Notes: a model not told the origin generated them from the letters alone. Shown: positions 9,554 through 19,289, counted from the stretch's first letter. The stretch: 64,000 bases of DNA from Spirochaetia bacterium (GCA_965203905.1 CBDBDQ010000005.1:3744001-3808000); one strand, 5' to 3'. Translations and numbers: made by a program.

Positions 9554-9587
9554 TGGCATAGTATGCCAATGTTCCCTCGTAACGCAA
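9554..9587 (-). promoter_or_regulatory. parDE promoter with overlapping palindromic operator
   Basis: Minus strand TTGCGT-18 nt-TACTAT; perfect inverted repeat TGGCATA-G-TATGCCA (9554-9568) covers the -10. Confidence 0.6.
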
Positions 9588-9639
9588 GGACTGCCGGGGA
9601 GCAGCGCCGCTCACCGGGCTGCCCCTCCCGGGCAGCCAC

Positions 9640-10045
9640 TACGAACGTGATCTCCGAGTTGCGCAAGCTCGGCGATGGCAAGGCCGACGTGCGTGTCGCT
9701 GCATGGGTCGCGGGCCGGGACGCCGCGAGCTTCTATATCCCCACGCTGACGTTGATGGAGCTGGAGACAGGCATCCTGCGCATCGAACGGCGCGACCCCG
9801 GGCAAGGGAAGCGGCTGAGGACCTGGATGGTCCGGGTGCTGCCCGAGTTCGTGGAGCGCACGCTGCCCGTCGACTCTGCCGTGGCCCTGAAGTGCGCGCG
9901 ACTCCATTTGCCGCACCCGCGCGCCGAACAGGACGCGCTGATCGCGGCCACCGCCATCGTGCACGGGATGACGGTGGTCACGCGGAACGTGGCCGACTTC
10001 GAGGCGACAGGTGCGGCACTCATCGACCCGTGGGCCGGAGCATGA
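9640..10045 (+). pseudogene. vapC: 5'-truncated VapC copy
   Basis: Near-identical to 12526-12948 but lacks MFLLD (start codon and first catalytic Asp). Confidence 0.85.
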
Positions 10046-10109
10046 CGCCGGTCGTGAGCGCCACAATCTGAATGCGCGACGGGCTCCGGCCATATGGTCC
10101 CTCTACAAC

Positions 10110-10223
10110 GTTCGACTGTCGGAAATCGCTGATATCGGAACGGGGATGTCAGTCAGTAGGTCGCGCAATCTGGCTGACCCGATTGAGGTGCCGTACTTGA
10201 GTGTAGCCAATGTGCAACGCGGA
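10110..10223 (+). pseudogene. HsdS fragment (start of an alternative target recognition domain)
   Basis: VRLSEIADIGTGMSVSRSRNLADPIEVPYLSVANVQRG aligns with VRLHSIAEVSGGLTKNQKRHDLPRKMKYLRVANVYPD of the resident HsdS. Confidence 0.75.
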
Positions 10224-11159
10224 AGGCGGCGTCCCTGGCCGCCACGGTACCGTTCGACGACCGCTACCAGCAGGCAATAACGCTGGATTCACTGTCGCCA
10301 CGTCTGATTGAACGATTCCTTCGCGACGTAGGAAGTGACCTCGCGTTGGACACAGAGCTCTCGACGGAGGCCCTGGGGCGCCGTATGAATATCGTCGGAG
10401 AACGGCTCACCGGCTCCGGTCTTCGAGAGCGACGACGACCGGACTTGGTTCCTGGTACGCCTTCCGGTTCATAGAGCCGCACACAGCGCTCCGACCGCAC
10501 AACGTACCGAACAAGACGACGAACAAGATAGCGGGCAAGCGACCGAACATGAGACCGTACAAGCCACCGAACATGACGCCCAGCAAGTCACCGAGCATGT
10601 TGAGCGCTTGGTCGGAGCCCTCGAGAGAGAGATGCGTCGTGCCGAATTGCAGGCTGTGCTGAGACTTACGCACCGTCCCCACTTCATCACTTCGTATCTC
10701 CGCCCGGCCCTCGAAGCCGGGCTGATTGAGATGACACTGCCCGAAAAACCAACGAGCAGGCATCAGCGTTATCGGCGCACTGCGGCCGGCGAGACTCTGG
10801 CACAGCACGCCACAGGCAAGGACTCCTCTCCATGAACACCGCCCCCATCGTCTCGAGAGTCTGGAGCTTTTGCACCAACGAGTGCAGGCGTGGCGAATTT
10901 AGCGGAGCGAGCGGCGGTGGGGAAACGGCGTTGACGGGCACTCTTCGGATGTCACGGAGAGGGTCCTGGAACCGAGGGACGGGAGATGGTCATTGATCCC
11001 ACCACGGGTATGATAGTTTCGGCGCCGCAGCACGGAGGCCCGCTGATGCGGTCGCGGGTCGCCATGTTCCGTCGCGCCGATGGGAGCGGCGAACGGCTAT
11101 GGCGTCGCGCCGTTGCATGGGACAATAGGCAGTCGAAGCGGTAGCGAGGAGGCGTTGCG

Positions 11160-11696
11160 ATGGCCGAACAGGAGTTCACCGAGTTCGTGAAGAGAAAGAC
11201 TGCGCAGGTGCAGGACGAAGTGGACTGGGCCAAGCGGCGAGCCGACTGGCTCCAAGAACTTGACGAGCTGTATGCGCGCATGGAAGGCCATCTCAGGCCG
11301 TATACGAAAGCACAGGAGATCCAGATCGAACGCACGCGGATACAACTGAGAGAAGACCATCTGGGGAGCTACGACGCGGACAAGCTCACGTTCAAGATCG
11401 GTCGCGAGAAGATCGTGGCGAGGCCCATCGGGACATTGCTCATCGGCGCGAGAGGCCGGGTGGACCTGTCGGGCCCGCGGAAGACCCTGAAGATCGTGCT
11501 GCTTGCCACCGGTGGGCCGGTTCTCCCTACCAAGGTCGAACATGGCGCCGTCACTGAGGAATCCACCCGCTCCATGGTACGGGGCGACGTCGATGAAGCG
11601 GGCTGGTACATCGAGACTCCGCCTCCGGACAGCGTCGTTGTCGCGTTCGGCGAGGACTCGTTCCGGGACGCGATCATGGAAGTCTCGGGTGGCTAG
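11160..11696 (+). CDS. Hypothetical protein (178 aa), upstream partner of HEPN-like gene
   Basis: GGAGG SD, natural composition, PIGTLLIGARGRVDLSG motif; stop overlaps next start. Confidence 0.8.
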   Translation: MAEQEFTEFVKRKTAQVQDEVDWAKRRADWLQELDELYARMEGHLRPYTKAQEIQIERTRIQLREDHLGSYDADKLTFKIGREKIVARPIGTLLIGARGRVDLSGPRKTLKIVLLATGGPVLPTKVEHGAVTEESTRSMVRGDVDEAGWYIETPPPDSVVVAFGEDSFRDAIMEVSGG

Positions 11697-12252
11697 ACGG
11701 GTATCGTTGTCGGGAGCGCATCTCGCAGCGAACCAGGTGGCCGAACATCACGCGGTGGTCGAAGAGGCCATCCACCTGTACTACGCTGCGGCGAGCCCCG
11801 GCTTCGAGACGAGATTCGCTTTCTACACGGAGGACGAAGTCTTAGCGGAGCGGGACGAGCGGCTGTACGAGGCGGGCGCGGCGTCGGCGATGATGGTGCT
11901 GGCCTCGATCGAGGCTGCGTTCCGGGTCGACTATCTCCGACGCTGCTATGCGAAGCACAGGGACCGGTTGTCGCGGACGCTCCGCGAGCTGTACCAGGAC
12001 AAGGGTGCAAGGGTTTCGCTTTCGGACGATCTGCTCGACGTGTGGAAGAACCACGGCTCCGTGCCAGCGAGGCTGGTTGGCGACATCCGCAGCGCGTTCG
12101 GCTATCGGGACTGGCTGGCCCACGGACGCTACTGGGTTCCGAAGCTCGGCCGCCAGTACGACTTCGCGAGCGTGTACAACCTGGCGCGGGAAGTCGAGGC
12201 GGCGCTCTCGTCTCGGCGGGCGACGAACACGCCGGAAACGACGGAGAGGTAG
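11689..12252 (+). CDS. Putative HEPN-domain RNase
   Basis: GTG 11689 coupled to upstream gene; predicted helical; LASIEAAFR and RDWLAH (RxxxxH) motifs. Confidence 0.65.
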   Translation: MARRVSLSGAHLAANQVAEHHAVVEEAIHLYYAAASPGFETRFAFYTEDEVLAERDERLYEAGAASAMMVLASIEAAFRVDYLRRCYAKHRDRLSRTLRELYQDKGARVSLSDDLLDVWKNHGSVPARLVGDIRSAFGYRDWLAHGRYWVPKLGRQYDFASVYNLAREVEAALSSRRATNTPETTER

Positions 12253-12354
12253 GATGCGGCTGATCAGGGGCGGCTCGCTCAACCGAGTCTCCCCCTGGAA
12301 TGCTCTCGTTTGGCCCGGCTGGTTCGTTCTGTCGAAGTGCCCTCCACCATTGGC

Positions 12355-12526
12355 CATCACCGACCGTGGCAAGCCCGCGCACGTGCTGCTCAGCATCGAG
12401 GACTACCGGCGTCTTGCGGGACAAGGCCGCAGCTTGGCGGAGGCACTGTCCATGCCGGGTCTGGCTGATATCGACTTCGATCCCCCGGGCGTCCGCATCG
12501 AAGCCCCTCCGCCCGATCTCTCCTGA
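12355..12526 (+). pseudogene. Phd/YefM antitoxin, N-terminally truncated
   Basis: ITDRGKPAHVLLSIEDYRRLAGQGRSLAEALSMPGLADIDFDPP; the N-terminal part is replaced by unrelated sequence. Confidence 0.75.
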
Positions 12527-12948
12527 TGTTCCTGCTCGATACGAACGTGATCTCCGAGTTGCGCAAGCTCGGCGATGGCAAGGCCGACGTGCGTGTCGCC
12601 GCATGGGTCTCGGGCCGGGACGCAGCGAGCTTCTATATCTCCGCGCTGACCCTGATGGAGTTGGAGATAGGCATCCTGCGCATCGAACGGCGCGACGCCG
12701 GGCAAGGGGAGCGACTGAGGGCCTGGATCGACCGGCACGTGCTGCCCGAGTTCATAGGGCGCACGCTGCCGGTCGACTCTGCCGTGGCCCTGAAGTGCGC
12801 GCGACTCCATGTGCCGGACCCGCGGGCCGAGCGGGACGCGCTGATCGCGGCCACCGCCATTGTGCACGGGATGACGGTGGTCACGCGGAACGTGGCCGAC
12901 TTCGAGACGACAGGTGCGGCAGTCGTCGATCCGTGGGCCGGAGCATGA
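12526..12948 (+). CDS. vapC: VapC PIN-domain toxin
   Basis: MFLLDTNVISELRK, DALIAATAIVHGMTVVTRNVADF, DPW. Confidence 0.93.
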   Translation: MFLLDTNVISELRKLGDGKADVRVAAWVSGRDAASFYISALTLMELEIGILRIERRDAGQGERLRAWIDRHVLPEFIGRTLPVDSAVALKCARLHVPDPRAERDALIAATAIVHGMTVVTRNVADFETTGAAVVDPWAGA

Positions 12949-13101
12949 CGCCGGTCGTGAGTGCCGCAATCTGAATGCGGCGACGGGCTCCGGCGATATG
13001 GTCCCTCTACGCCACAGTCTCCACTGCCGTTCCGGACGCGCGACGTGATAGGATGGCCATACGGCGTCAGCGGCCGGTTTGCGCCAACTTCGGAGGGCCG
13101 G

Positions 13102-13305
13102 GTGGAGATTGCGTCACGTAGCTTCGTCGTAGACGAGAATGGGAAAAGGACCGCTGTAGGAATGCCGATCGAGGAATACGAGCGGCTATTGGAAGACTTG
13201 GAGGATCTGGCGCTAATCGCTCAACGACGAAACGAGCCAACGGAGTCGCTCGCCACGGTGCCGGAGCGACTGGAAAGGAAGTGGCAGGGAGAACCGTCGA
13301 GGTAA
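13102..13305 (+). CDS. Small RelB-like antitoxin followed by RelE N-terminal remnant
   Basis: GGAGG SD; FVVDENGKRTAVGMPIEEYERLLEDLEDL; overlapping GTG frame MAGRTVEVTRSA.. is cut off by hsdR. Confidence 0.6.
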   Translation: MEIASRSFVVDENGKRTAVGMPIEEYERLLEDLEDLALIAQRRNEPTESLATVPERLERKWQGEPSR

Positions 13306-13333
13306 CTCGGTCGGCCAACAACACCCTGCAACG

Positions 13334-16099
13334 ATGACTGACCACAACCGTACTCCCGAGCAGCGGGCGCGCGCGACCATCGACACCAAGCTGGAGCAAG
13401 CGGGATGGTGTGTGCAGTCGATGGGGAAGATCGACTTCAGTGCCGGCCCTGGGGTCGCGGTTCGCGAGTACCAGACCGACGTCGGTCCCGCCGACTACCT
13501 GCTGTTCGTTGAGCGCAAGCCCGTTGGGGTGATCGAGGCCAAGCCGGCGGATTGGGGCCAGAAGATAACCGCGGTGGAGGAGCAGTCCACCGGCTATGCC
13601 GAGGCCACGCTGAAGTGGCTGAGCAGCGCCGAGCCGCGGCCGTTCGTCTACGAGAGCACCGGCGCGCTCACCCGCTTCACCGACCGGCGCGATCCGAAGC
13701 CACGCTCACGAGAGGTTTTCAGCTTCCATCGGCCGGACACGATGCAGGAGTGGCTCGCGCAGCCGGGGTCGCTGCGCGCAAGGCTTCAGGGGCTTCCCGA
13801 CCTGGATCCCACGGGTCTGAGAAGGTGCCAGATCACCGCCGTCGAACGCCTCGAAGCCTCGTTCAAGCGGAACCACCCACGTGCACTGATGCAGATGGCC
13901 ACCGGCTCCGGCAAGACCTATACCGCCATCACCGCGGTCTACCGCCTCCTCAAGCACGCGGACGCCAAGCGCATCCTGTTCCTCGTCGACACCCGGAACC
14001 TGGGCGAGCAGGCGCACCAGGAGTTCATGGCCTACGTGCCGAGCGACGACAACCGCAAGTTCGTCGAGCTGTACAACGTGCAGCGGCTCACCTCGTCGTT
14101 CGTGGCCGGCGACAGCCAGGTCTGCATCAGCACCATCCAGCGCATGTACTCGATCCTCAAGGGCGAGGAGATGGACTCCGCGGCCGAGGAGATCAACCCT
14201 GCCGAGCTGGTGCAGCCGAGACAGCCTCGGCCGGTGGTCTACAGCCCCACGCTTCCGCCCGAGTTCTTCGACTTCATCATCATTGACGAGTGCCATCGCT
14301 CGATCTACGACCTCTGGCGCCAGGTGCTGGAGTACTTCGACGCCTACCTGATCGGTCTGACCGCGACACCCGACAACCGCACCTTCGGATTTTTCAGGAA
14401 GAACGTGGTCAGCGAGTATTCGCATGAGCAGGCCGTCGCCGACGGGGTCAACGTCGGCAATGAGGTGTACGTCGTCGAGACCGAGAGGACCCAGCTCGGA
14501 GGGCGCATTCGGGCGGGCCGCTCCGTCGAGAGGCGGGAGCGCCCGACGCGGCGGAAGCGCTGGGAGATCCAGGACGAGGAATATGCCTACGGTGCGCGGG
14601 AACTGGACCGCTCGGTGGTCAACCCGGACCAGATCCGCACCGTGATCCGCACCTTCCACGACAAGCTGCCGGAGATATTCCCGGGGCGCACAGAGGTCCC
14701 GAAGACGCTGGTCTTCGCCAAGACCGACAGCCACGCCGACGACATCATCCAGACCGTGCGCGAGGAGTTCGGCCAGGGCAACGAGTTCTGCCGCAAGATC
14801 ACCTACAAGGTGGACGGAGATCCGAAGTCGCTGCTCACGCAGTTCCGCAACGACTACTATCCGCGCATCGCTGTGACCGTGGACATGATCGCCACGGGCA
14901 CCGACGTGAAGCCGCTCGAATGCCTGGTCTTCATGCGCGACGTGCGCAGCCGCAACTACTTCGAGCAGATGAAGGGCCGTGGCACCCGCACCCTCGACCA
15001 CGACGACCTGCGGAAGGTGACACCATCCGCAGTCACCGCCAAGACCCACTATGTCATCGTGGACGCGGTCGGCGTCACCAAGTCCGTCAAGACCGACAGC
15101 GGCCCGCTCATCACCAAGCCCGGCGTGCCGCTCAAGGACCTCGCCATGGGCGTGATGATGGGCGCCCGCGACGAAGAGACGATCAGCTCCCTGGCCGGCC
15201 GCCTCGCCCGCCTCAACCGGCAGCTCGACGACGCCGAGCGGCGCCGCATCGAGGATCGGGCCGGCGGCGTGGAGCTGACCGACATCGTTGGCAACCTGCT
15301 GGCGGTCATCGACCCCGACCGGATCGAAGCCAAGGCGCGTGAGATCGATCCCCCGATAGGAGACGACGATCCGGCCCCGGCCGCCGTGGACGAAGCGCGT
15401 GACCTGCTCGCCGCCGACGCCGCCGGCGTGTTCACCGGCGAGCTGATCGACCTGATCGACTCGATCCGTCGCGACAAGGAACAGACCATCGATCACGACA
15501 GCCTGGACACCGTGCAGCGCGCCGAGTGGGAAGGCGACGCCCAGGAGAACGCGCAGGCCCTGGTGCAGGACTTCCGCGAGTACCTGGAAGCCAACCGCGA
15601 CCAGATCGAAGCGCTGACTATCTTCTACAGCCAGCCGCACCGCCGCCGCGAAGTGACCTATGCCATGATTCGTACCGTGCTCGACAAGCTGAAGGGTGAT
15701 AAGCCACGACTCGCGCCCCTGCGGGTCTGGCGCGCCTACGCGCTGCTCGACGACTACCGGGGCCAACAGCCGGACAAGGAGCTCGCGGCCCTCGTCGCCC
15801 TGATCCGCCGCGTCTGCGGCATCGACAAGGCGCTCTCGCCCTACGCCGAGACCGTACGCCGCAACTTCCAGACCTGGATCATGACCCGCCACAGCGGCAG
15901 CGGCGAGAAGTTCAACGACCAGCAGATGACATGGCTGCGCATGATCCGCGACCACGTCGCCACCTCCTTCCACCTCGACCGCGACGACCTCGAAATGGCC
16001 CCCTTCGACGCCCAGGGCGGCCTGGGCCGCATGTACCATCTCTTCGGCAACCGCATGGACAGCGTCATCGACGAACTGAACGACGCACTGGCCGGATGA
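13334..16099 (+). CDS. hsdR: Type I restriction enzyme R subunit (EcoAI/EcoEI-like)
   Basis: ADYLL..VIEAK nuclease motif, MATGSGKT, DECH, LTATP, QMKGRGTR. Confidence 0.95.
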   Translation: MTDHNRTPEQRARATIDTKLEQAGWCVQSMGKIDFSAGPGVAVREYQTDVGPADYLLFVERKPVGVIEAKPADWGQKITAVEEQSTGYAEATLKWLSSAEPRPFVYESTGALTRFTDRRDPKPRSREVFSFHRPDTMQEWLAQPGSLRARLQGLPDLDPTGLRRCQITAVERLEASFKRNHPRALMQMATGSGKTYTAITAVYRLLKHADAKRILFLVDTRNLGEQAHQEFMAYVPSDDNRKFVELYNVQRLTSSFVAGDSQVCISTIQRMYSILKGEEMDSAAEEINPAELVQPRQPRPVVYSPTLPPEFFDFIIIDECHRSIYDLWRQVLEYFDAYLIGLTATPDNRTFGFFRKNVVSEYSHEQAVADGVNVGNEVYVVETERTQLGGRIRAGRSVERRERPTRRKRWEIQDEEYAYGARELDRSVVNPDQIRTVIRTFHDKLPEIFPGRTEVPKTLVFAKTDSHADDIIQTVREEFGQGNEFCRKITYKVDGDPKSLLTQFRNDYYPRIAVTVDMIATGTDVKPLECLVFMRDVRSRNYFEQMKGRGTRTLDHDDLRKVTPSAVTAKTHYVIVDAVGVTKSVKTDSGPLITKPGVPLKDLAMGVMMGARDEETISSLAGRLARLNRQLDDAERRRIEDRAGGVELTDIVGNLLAVIDPDRIEAKAREIDPPIGDDDPAPAAVDEARDLLAADAAGVFTGELIDLIDSIRRDKEQTIDHDSLDTVQRAEWEGDAQENAQALVQDFREYLEANRDQIEALTIFYSQPHRRREVTYAMIRTVLDKLKGDKPRLAPLRVWRAYALLDDYRGQQPDKELAALVALIRRVCGIDKALSPYAETVRRNFQTWIMTRHSGSGEKFNDQQMTWLRMIRDHVATSFHLDRDDLEMAPFDAQGGLGRMYHLFGNRMDSVIDELNDALAG

Positions 16100-17685
16100 T
16101 GGCGAACTCCGAAAACACGCTGCCGCCTGGTTGGACCACCTGTACGCTCAGAGAAGTGACACTACCTGTGTCGAGAATAGACCCCAAGGAAGAACCTGCC
16201 CAACGTATCGACTATATCGACATATCCTCGATTGATAACGTCCGAAACGTTGTCGAGAGCGCCAAGAGCTACCGAATCTCCGATGCACCATCGCGAGCAC
16301 GTCAGATCGTACACGGAGGCGACGTCCTTTTTTCTACTGTTCGTCCGTACTTGCGCAACGTCGCTCGCGTACCCAACAAGTACCATAAGCAAATTGCCTC
16401 TACCGGGTTTTCGGTGCTAAGGGCCGCGAAGGGTGTCGTTCCGGGATTTCTTTTCTACAAGGCTATCTCCCGAGATTTCGTGGATGCCCTTGCGCGGGTG
16501 CAGTACGGAGTGAGCTATCCGGCGGTGAAAGATGAGCAAGTTCGCGATCAGGTGATCTTCCTGCCACCTACAGCTGAACAGCGGCGGATCGTCACCAAGA
16601 TCGAAGAACTCCTCTCCGAACTTGACAACGGGGTGGCGATGCTGAAGACAACACGTGAGCAGCTCGGGACTTACCGTAAAGCCGTGCTCAAGCATGCTTT
16701 CGAGGGCAAGCTAACGTCGCATTGGCGAGAAGGGAACACGGATAAACTGGAGTCATCCGAGCAAGTGCGTTGTCGCATCAATCGGCAGCGGGCTGCGCGT
16801 TACGATCGGCAGATCCGGGAATGGAAGGATGTCATCCAGGCGTGGCAGACAGGCCGAGGATCCCGCAAGAGACCAGTGAGGCCCCGGCACCGCAGAGAGA
16901 TGGCTCAGGCTTCCGGGAGTACAATCAATGGACTGCCACGGCTGCCTTACGGATGGCAGTGGGTAAGGCTTCACAGCATCGCTGAAGTATCGGGCGGTCT
17001 TACAAAAAATCAGAAGCGGCATGACCTTCCTCGCAAGATGAAATATCTCCGAGTTGCTAACGTCTACCCAGACAAGATACTAATTGATGACGTCCGCGAG
17101 ATTGGTGTTACTGCAGAGGAGTCAAGAAGTGTTACGCTTGAAGCAGGTGATCTACTCATAGTAGAAGGGAATGGCAGCATTGAACAGATCGGGCGAGTTG
17201 CGATGTGGCACGGAGAACTCCCTGTCTGTGGGCATCAGAACCACTTAATAAGAGTGCGACTTGCAACAGAGTCGGACCCGCGCCTTATCCTCCATTTCCT
17301 GCTTTCACCGATTGGTCGCGATCTCATTGTGAAGGAAGCTAGTTCCACTTCGGGACTGCACACGCTGAGCATCTCCAAGGTGGGGAATCTTTTTGTTCCC
17401 GTCACAAGTGTCGCTGAAGAATCAGAAGTCGTCTTTCGGGTTGACACTGAACTCTCACGAATTGACAAGGCAGTCGAAGAAATCGATTCACAGTTGGCTA
17501 AGTCGACTGTACTCCGAGATTCGATCCTGAAGAAGGCTTTTTTCGGCCAACTTGTGCCACAGGACCCCACCGACGAGCCCGCGTTAGTGCTCCTGGACCG
17601 TATCACGACTGAGCGAGGTCAGATAGCGAGTAGGGCGATGCCCCGTAAGACTGAAAAGCGGAAGAAGACCAAGGTCGCGGTATGA
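16096..17685 (+). CDS. hsdS: Type I R-M specificity subunit
   Basis: LPPGW, LPPTAEQRRIVTKIEE, AFEGKL, LPYGWQWVRL, SILKKAFFGQLVPQDPTDEPA; visibly lower GC than flanks. Confidence 0.95.
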   Translation: MMANSENTLPPGWTTCTLREVTLPVSRIDPKEEPAQRIDYIDISSIDNVRNVVESAKSYRISDAPSRARQIVHGGDVLFSTVRPYLRNVARVPNKYHKQIASTGFSVLRAAKGVVPGFLFYKAISRDFVDALARVQYGVSYPAVKDEQVRDQVIFLPPTAEQRRIVTKIEELLSELDNGVAMLKTTREQLGTYRKAVLKHAFEGKLTSHWREGNTDKLESSEQVRCRINRQRAARYDRQIREWKDVIQAWQTGRGSRKRPVRPRHRREMAQASGSTINGLPRLPYGWQWVRLHSIAEVSGGLTKNQKRHDLPRKMKYLRVANVYPDKILIDDVREIGVTAEESRSVTLEAGDLLIVEGNGSIEQIGRVAMWHGELPVCGHQNHLIRVRLATESDPRLILHFLLSPIGRDLIVKEASSTSGLHTLSISKVGNLFVPVTSVAEESEVVFRVDTELSRIDKAVEEIDSQLAKSTVLRDSILKKAFFGQLVPQDPTDEPALVLLDRITTERGQIASRAMPRKTEKRKKTKVAV

Positions 17686-19289
17686 CCGGGACGCTCCCGG
17701 TCAACCTTCAGGATCTCTTGAGTCAGCGCACCATCGAAGGCGAACGGGTCGAGTACAAGGCGGGCTGGAATCCGGTACGTGTGCTACATACCATCTGTGC
17801 GTTCGCGAACGATTTTCACAATTTAGGCGGCGGTTACGTGGTGTTGGGTGTTGAGGAGAGCGACGGGCTGCCGGTGCTGCCACCGACGGGCATCGGTCCC
17901 GAACGGATCGACGCGGTGCAGAACGAGCTGTTGAGGCTCGGCCAGTCGGCCATTCAGCCGCATTACCATCCCCTCACGGGCGTCTACGAGGTCGAAGGCC
18001 GGACGATCCTCGTGCTGTGGGCACCCGGCGGCGAGACACGTCCGTACAAGGCCAGAGTCAGTCTGGCACGCGGCGCGAAGGAGTGGGCGTACTACATTCG
18101 CCGGCACAGCAGTACGGTTCGAGCTAAAGGCGCGGACGAACGCGAACTATTGTCCCTGGCCGCTACAGTACCGTTCGACGACCGCTACCAGCAGGCAGCA
18201 ACGCTGAATGCACTTTCACTACGTCTGATCGAACGATTTCTTCGTGACGTAGGGAGTGACCTCGCGTTGGACACAGAGCTCTCGACGGAGGCCCTGGGGC
18301 GCCGTATGAATATCGTCGGCGGTCCGTCGGAGGCGTGCTTTCCGAAGAATGTCGGGTTGCTGTTCTTCAACGAGACGCCGCACCGCTTCTTTCCCGCAAC
18401 GCAGATCGATGTCGTGTGGTTTCCCGATGGTCCCGGCGGCGACCGCTTCGAGGAGAAGGAGTTTCGCGGTCCGTTAGCGGTCATCCTGCGCGAGGCGATC
18501 GAGTTTATAGACCGGAACTACCTCAAGGAAACCGTCATCAAGCATCCACATCAGCCGGAAGCAGAGCGATTCTGGAACTTCCCCCTAGCGGCTATCGAGG
18601 AAGCCCTGGTGAACGCGATCTACCACCGCTCGTACGAGGAGCGTGAGCCGGTAGAGGTGCGTATCACGCCGCAGGAACTGACGATCTTGAGCTTTCCCGG
18701 CGCCGACCGGTCGATCCGCATGGAAGATCTGCAGACCGGACGCGCGATCAGCCGCCGTTACCGGAACCGGCGCATCGGCGAGTTTCTGAAGGAGCTCGAT
18801 CTGGCCGAGGGACGGTCTACGGGCATTCCCAAGATCCTGCGCGCAATGAGCGAGAACGGTTCACCGGCTCCGGTCTTCGAGAGCGACGACGACCGGACTT
18901 GGTTCCTGGTACGCCTTCCGGTACATAACGCCGCGCACAGCGCGCCGACCGTACAACGTACCGAACAAGACGACGAACAAGATACCGGGCAAGCGACCGA
19001 ACATGAGACCGTACAAGACACCGAACATGACGCCCAGCAAGTCACCGAGCATGTTGAGCGCTTGGTAGGAGCCCTCGCGAGAGAGATGGGGCGTGCCGAA
19101 TTGCAGTCTGTCTTGAGACTTACGCACCGCCCCCACTTCATCACTTCGTATCTTCGTCCCGCCCTCGAAGCTGGGATGATTGAGATGACACTGCCGGACA
19201 AACCAACGAGCAGGCACCAGCGTTATCGGCGCACCGCGGCCGGTGAGACTCTGGCACAGCACACCACAGGCAAGGACTCCTCTCCATGA
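17682..19289 (+). CDS. AlbA_2 (Schlafen-like) + HATPase_c_4 ATP-binding protein with C-terminal wHTH
   Basis: EGERVEYKAGW, TICAFAND, EEALVNAIYHRSY, RNRRIGEFLKEL; (T/D)EQD-type tetrapeptide repeats; PDKPTSRHQRYR. Confidence 0.88.
   Translation: MTGTLPVNLQDLLSQRTIEGERVEYKAGWNPVRVLHTICAFANDFHNLGGGYVVLGVEESDGLPVLPPTGIGPERIDAVQNELLRLGQSAIQPHYHPLTGVYEVEGRTILVLWAPGGETRPYKARVSLARGAKEWAYYIRRHSSTVRAKGADERELLSLAATVPFDDRYQQAATLNALSLRLIERFLRDVGSDLALDTELSTEALGRRMNIVGGPSEACFPKNVGLLFFNETPHRFFPATQIDVVWFPDGPGGDRFEEKEFRGPLAVILREAIEFIDRNYLKETVIKHPHQPEAERFWNFPLAAIEEALVNAIYHRSYEEREPVEVRITPQELTILSFPGADRSIRMEDLQTGRAISRRYRNRRIGEFLKELDLAEGRSTGIPKILRAMSENGSPAPVFESDDDRTWFLVRLPVHNAAHSAPTVQRTEQDDEQDTGQATEHETVQDTEHDAQQVTEHVERLVGALAREMGRAELQSVLRLTHRPHFITSYLRPALEAGMIEMTLPDKPTSRHQRYRRTAAGETLAQHTTGKDSSP

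Larger units (their letters stand above)
9640..10877 (+). repeat. Deletion-collapsed duplicate of the vapC-hsdS-AlbA_2-hsdM locus
   Basis: 9640-10106 matches 12540-13010; 10231-10398 matches 18152-18319; 10398-10877 matches 18852-19331 including the hsdM start. Confidence 0.9.

Noticed and set aside
11948-12526. 192-aa ORF ending in the Phd antitoxin sequence
   Set aside because: The N-terminal part is a shadow frame of the HEPN-like gene; only the last ~57 codons are antitoxin-derived.
18950-19060. 12-bp periodic repeats (TEQD/TEHD) in the AlbA_2 gene
   Set aside because: Tetrapeptide linker repeats ahead of the wHTH are common in this family; not novel.
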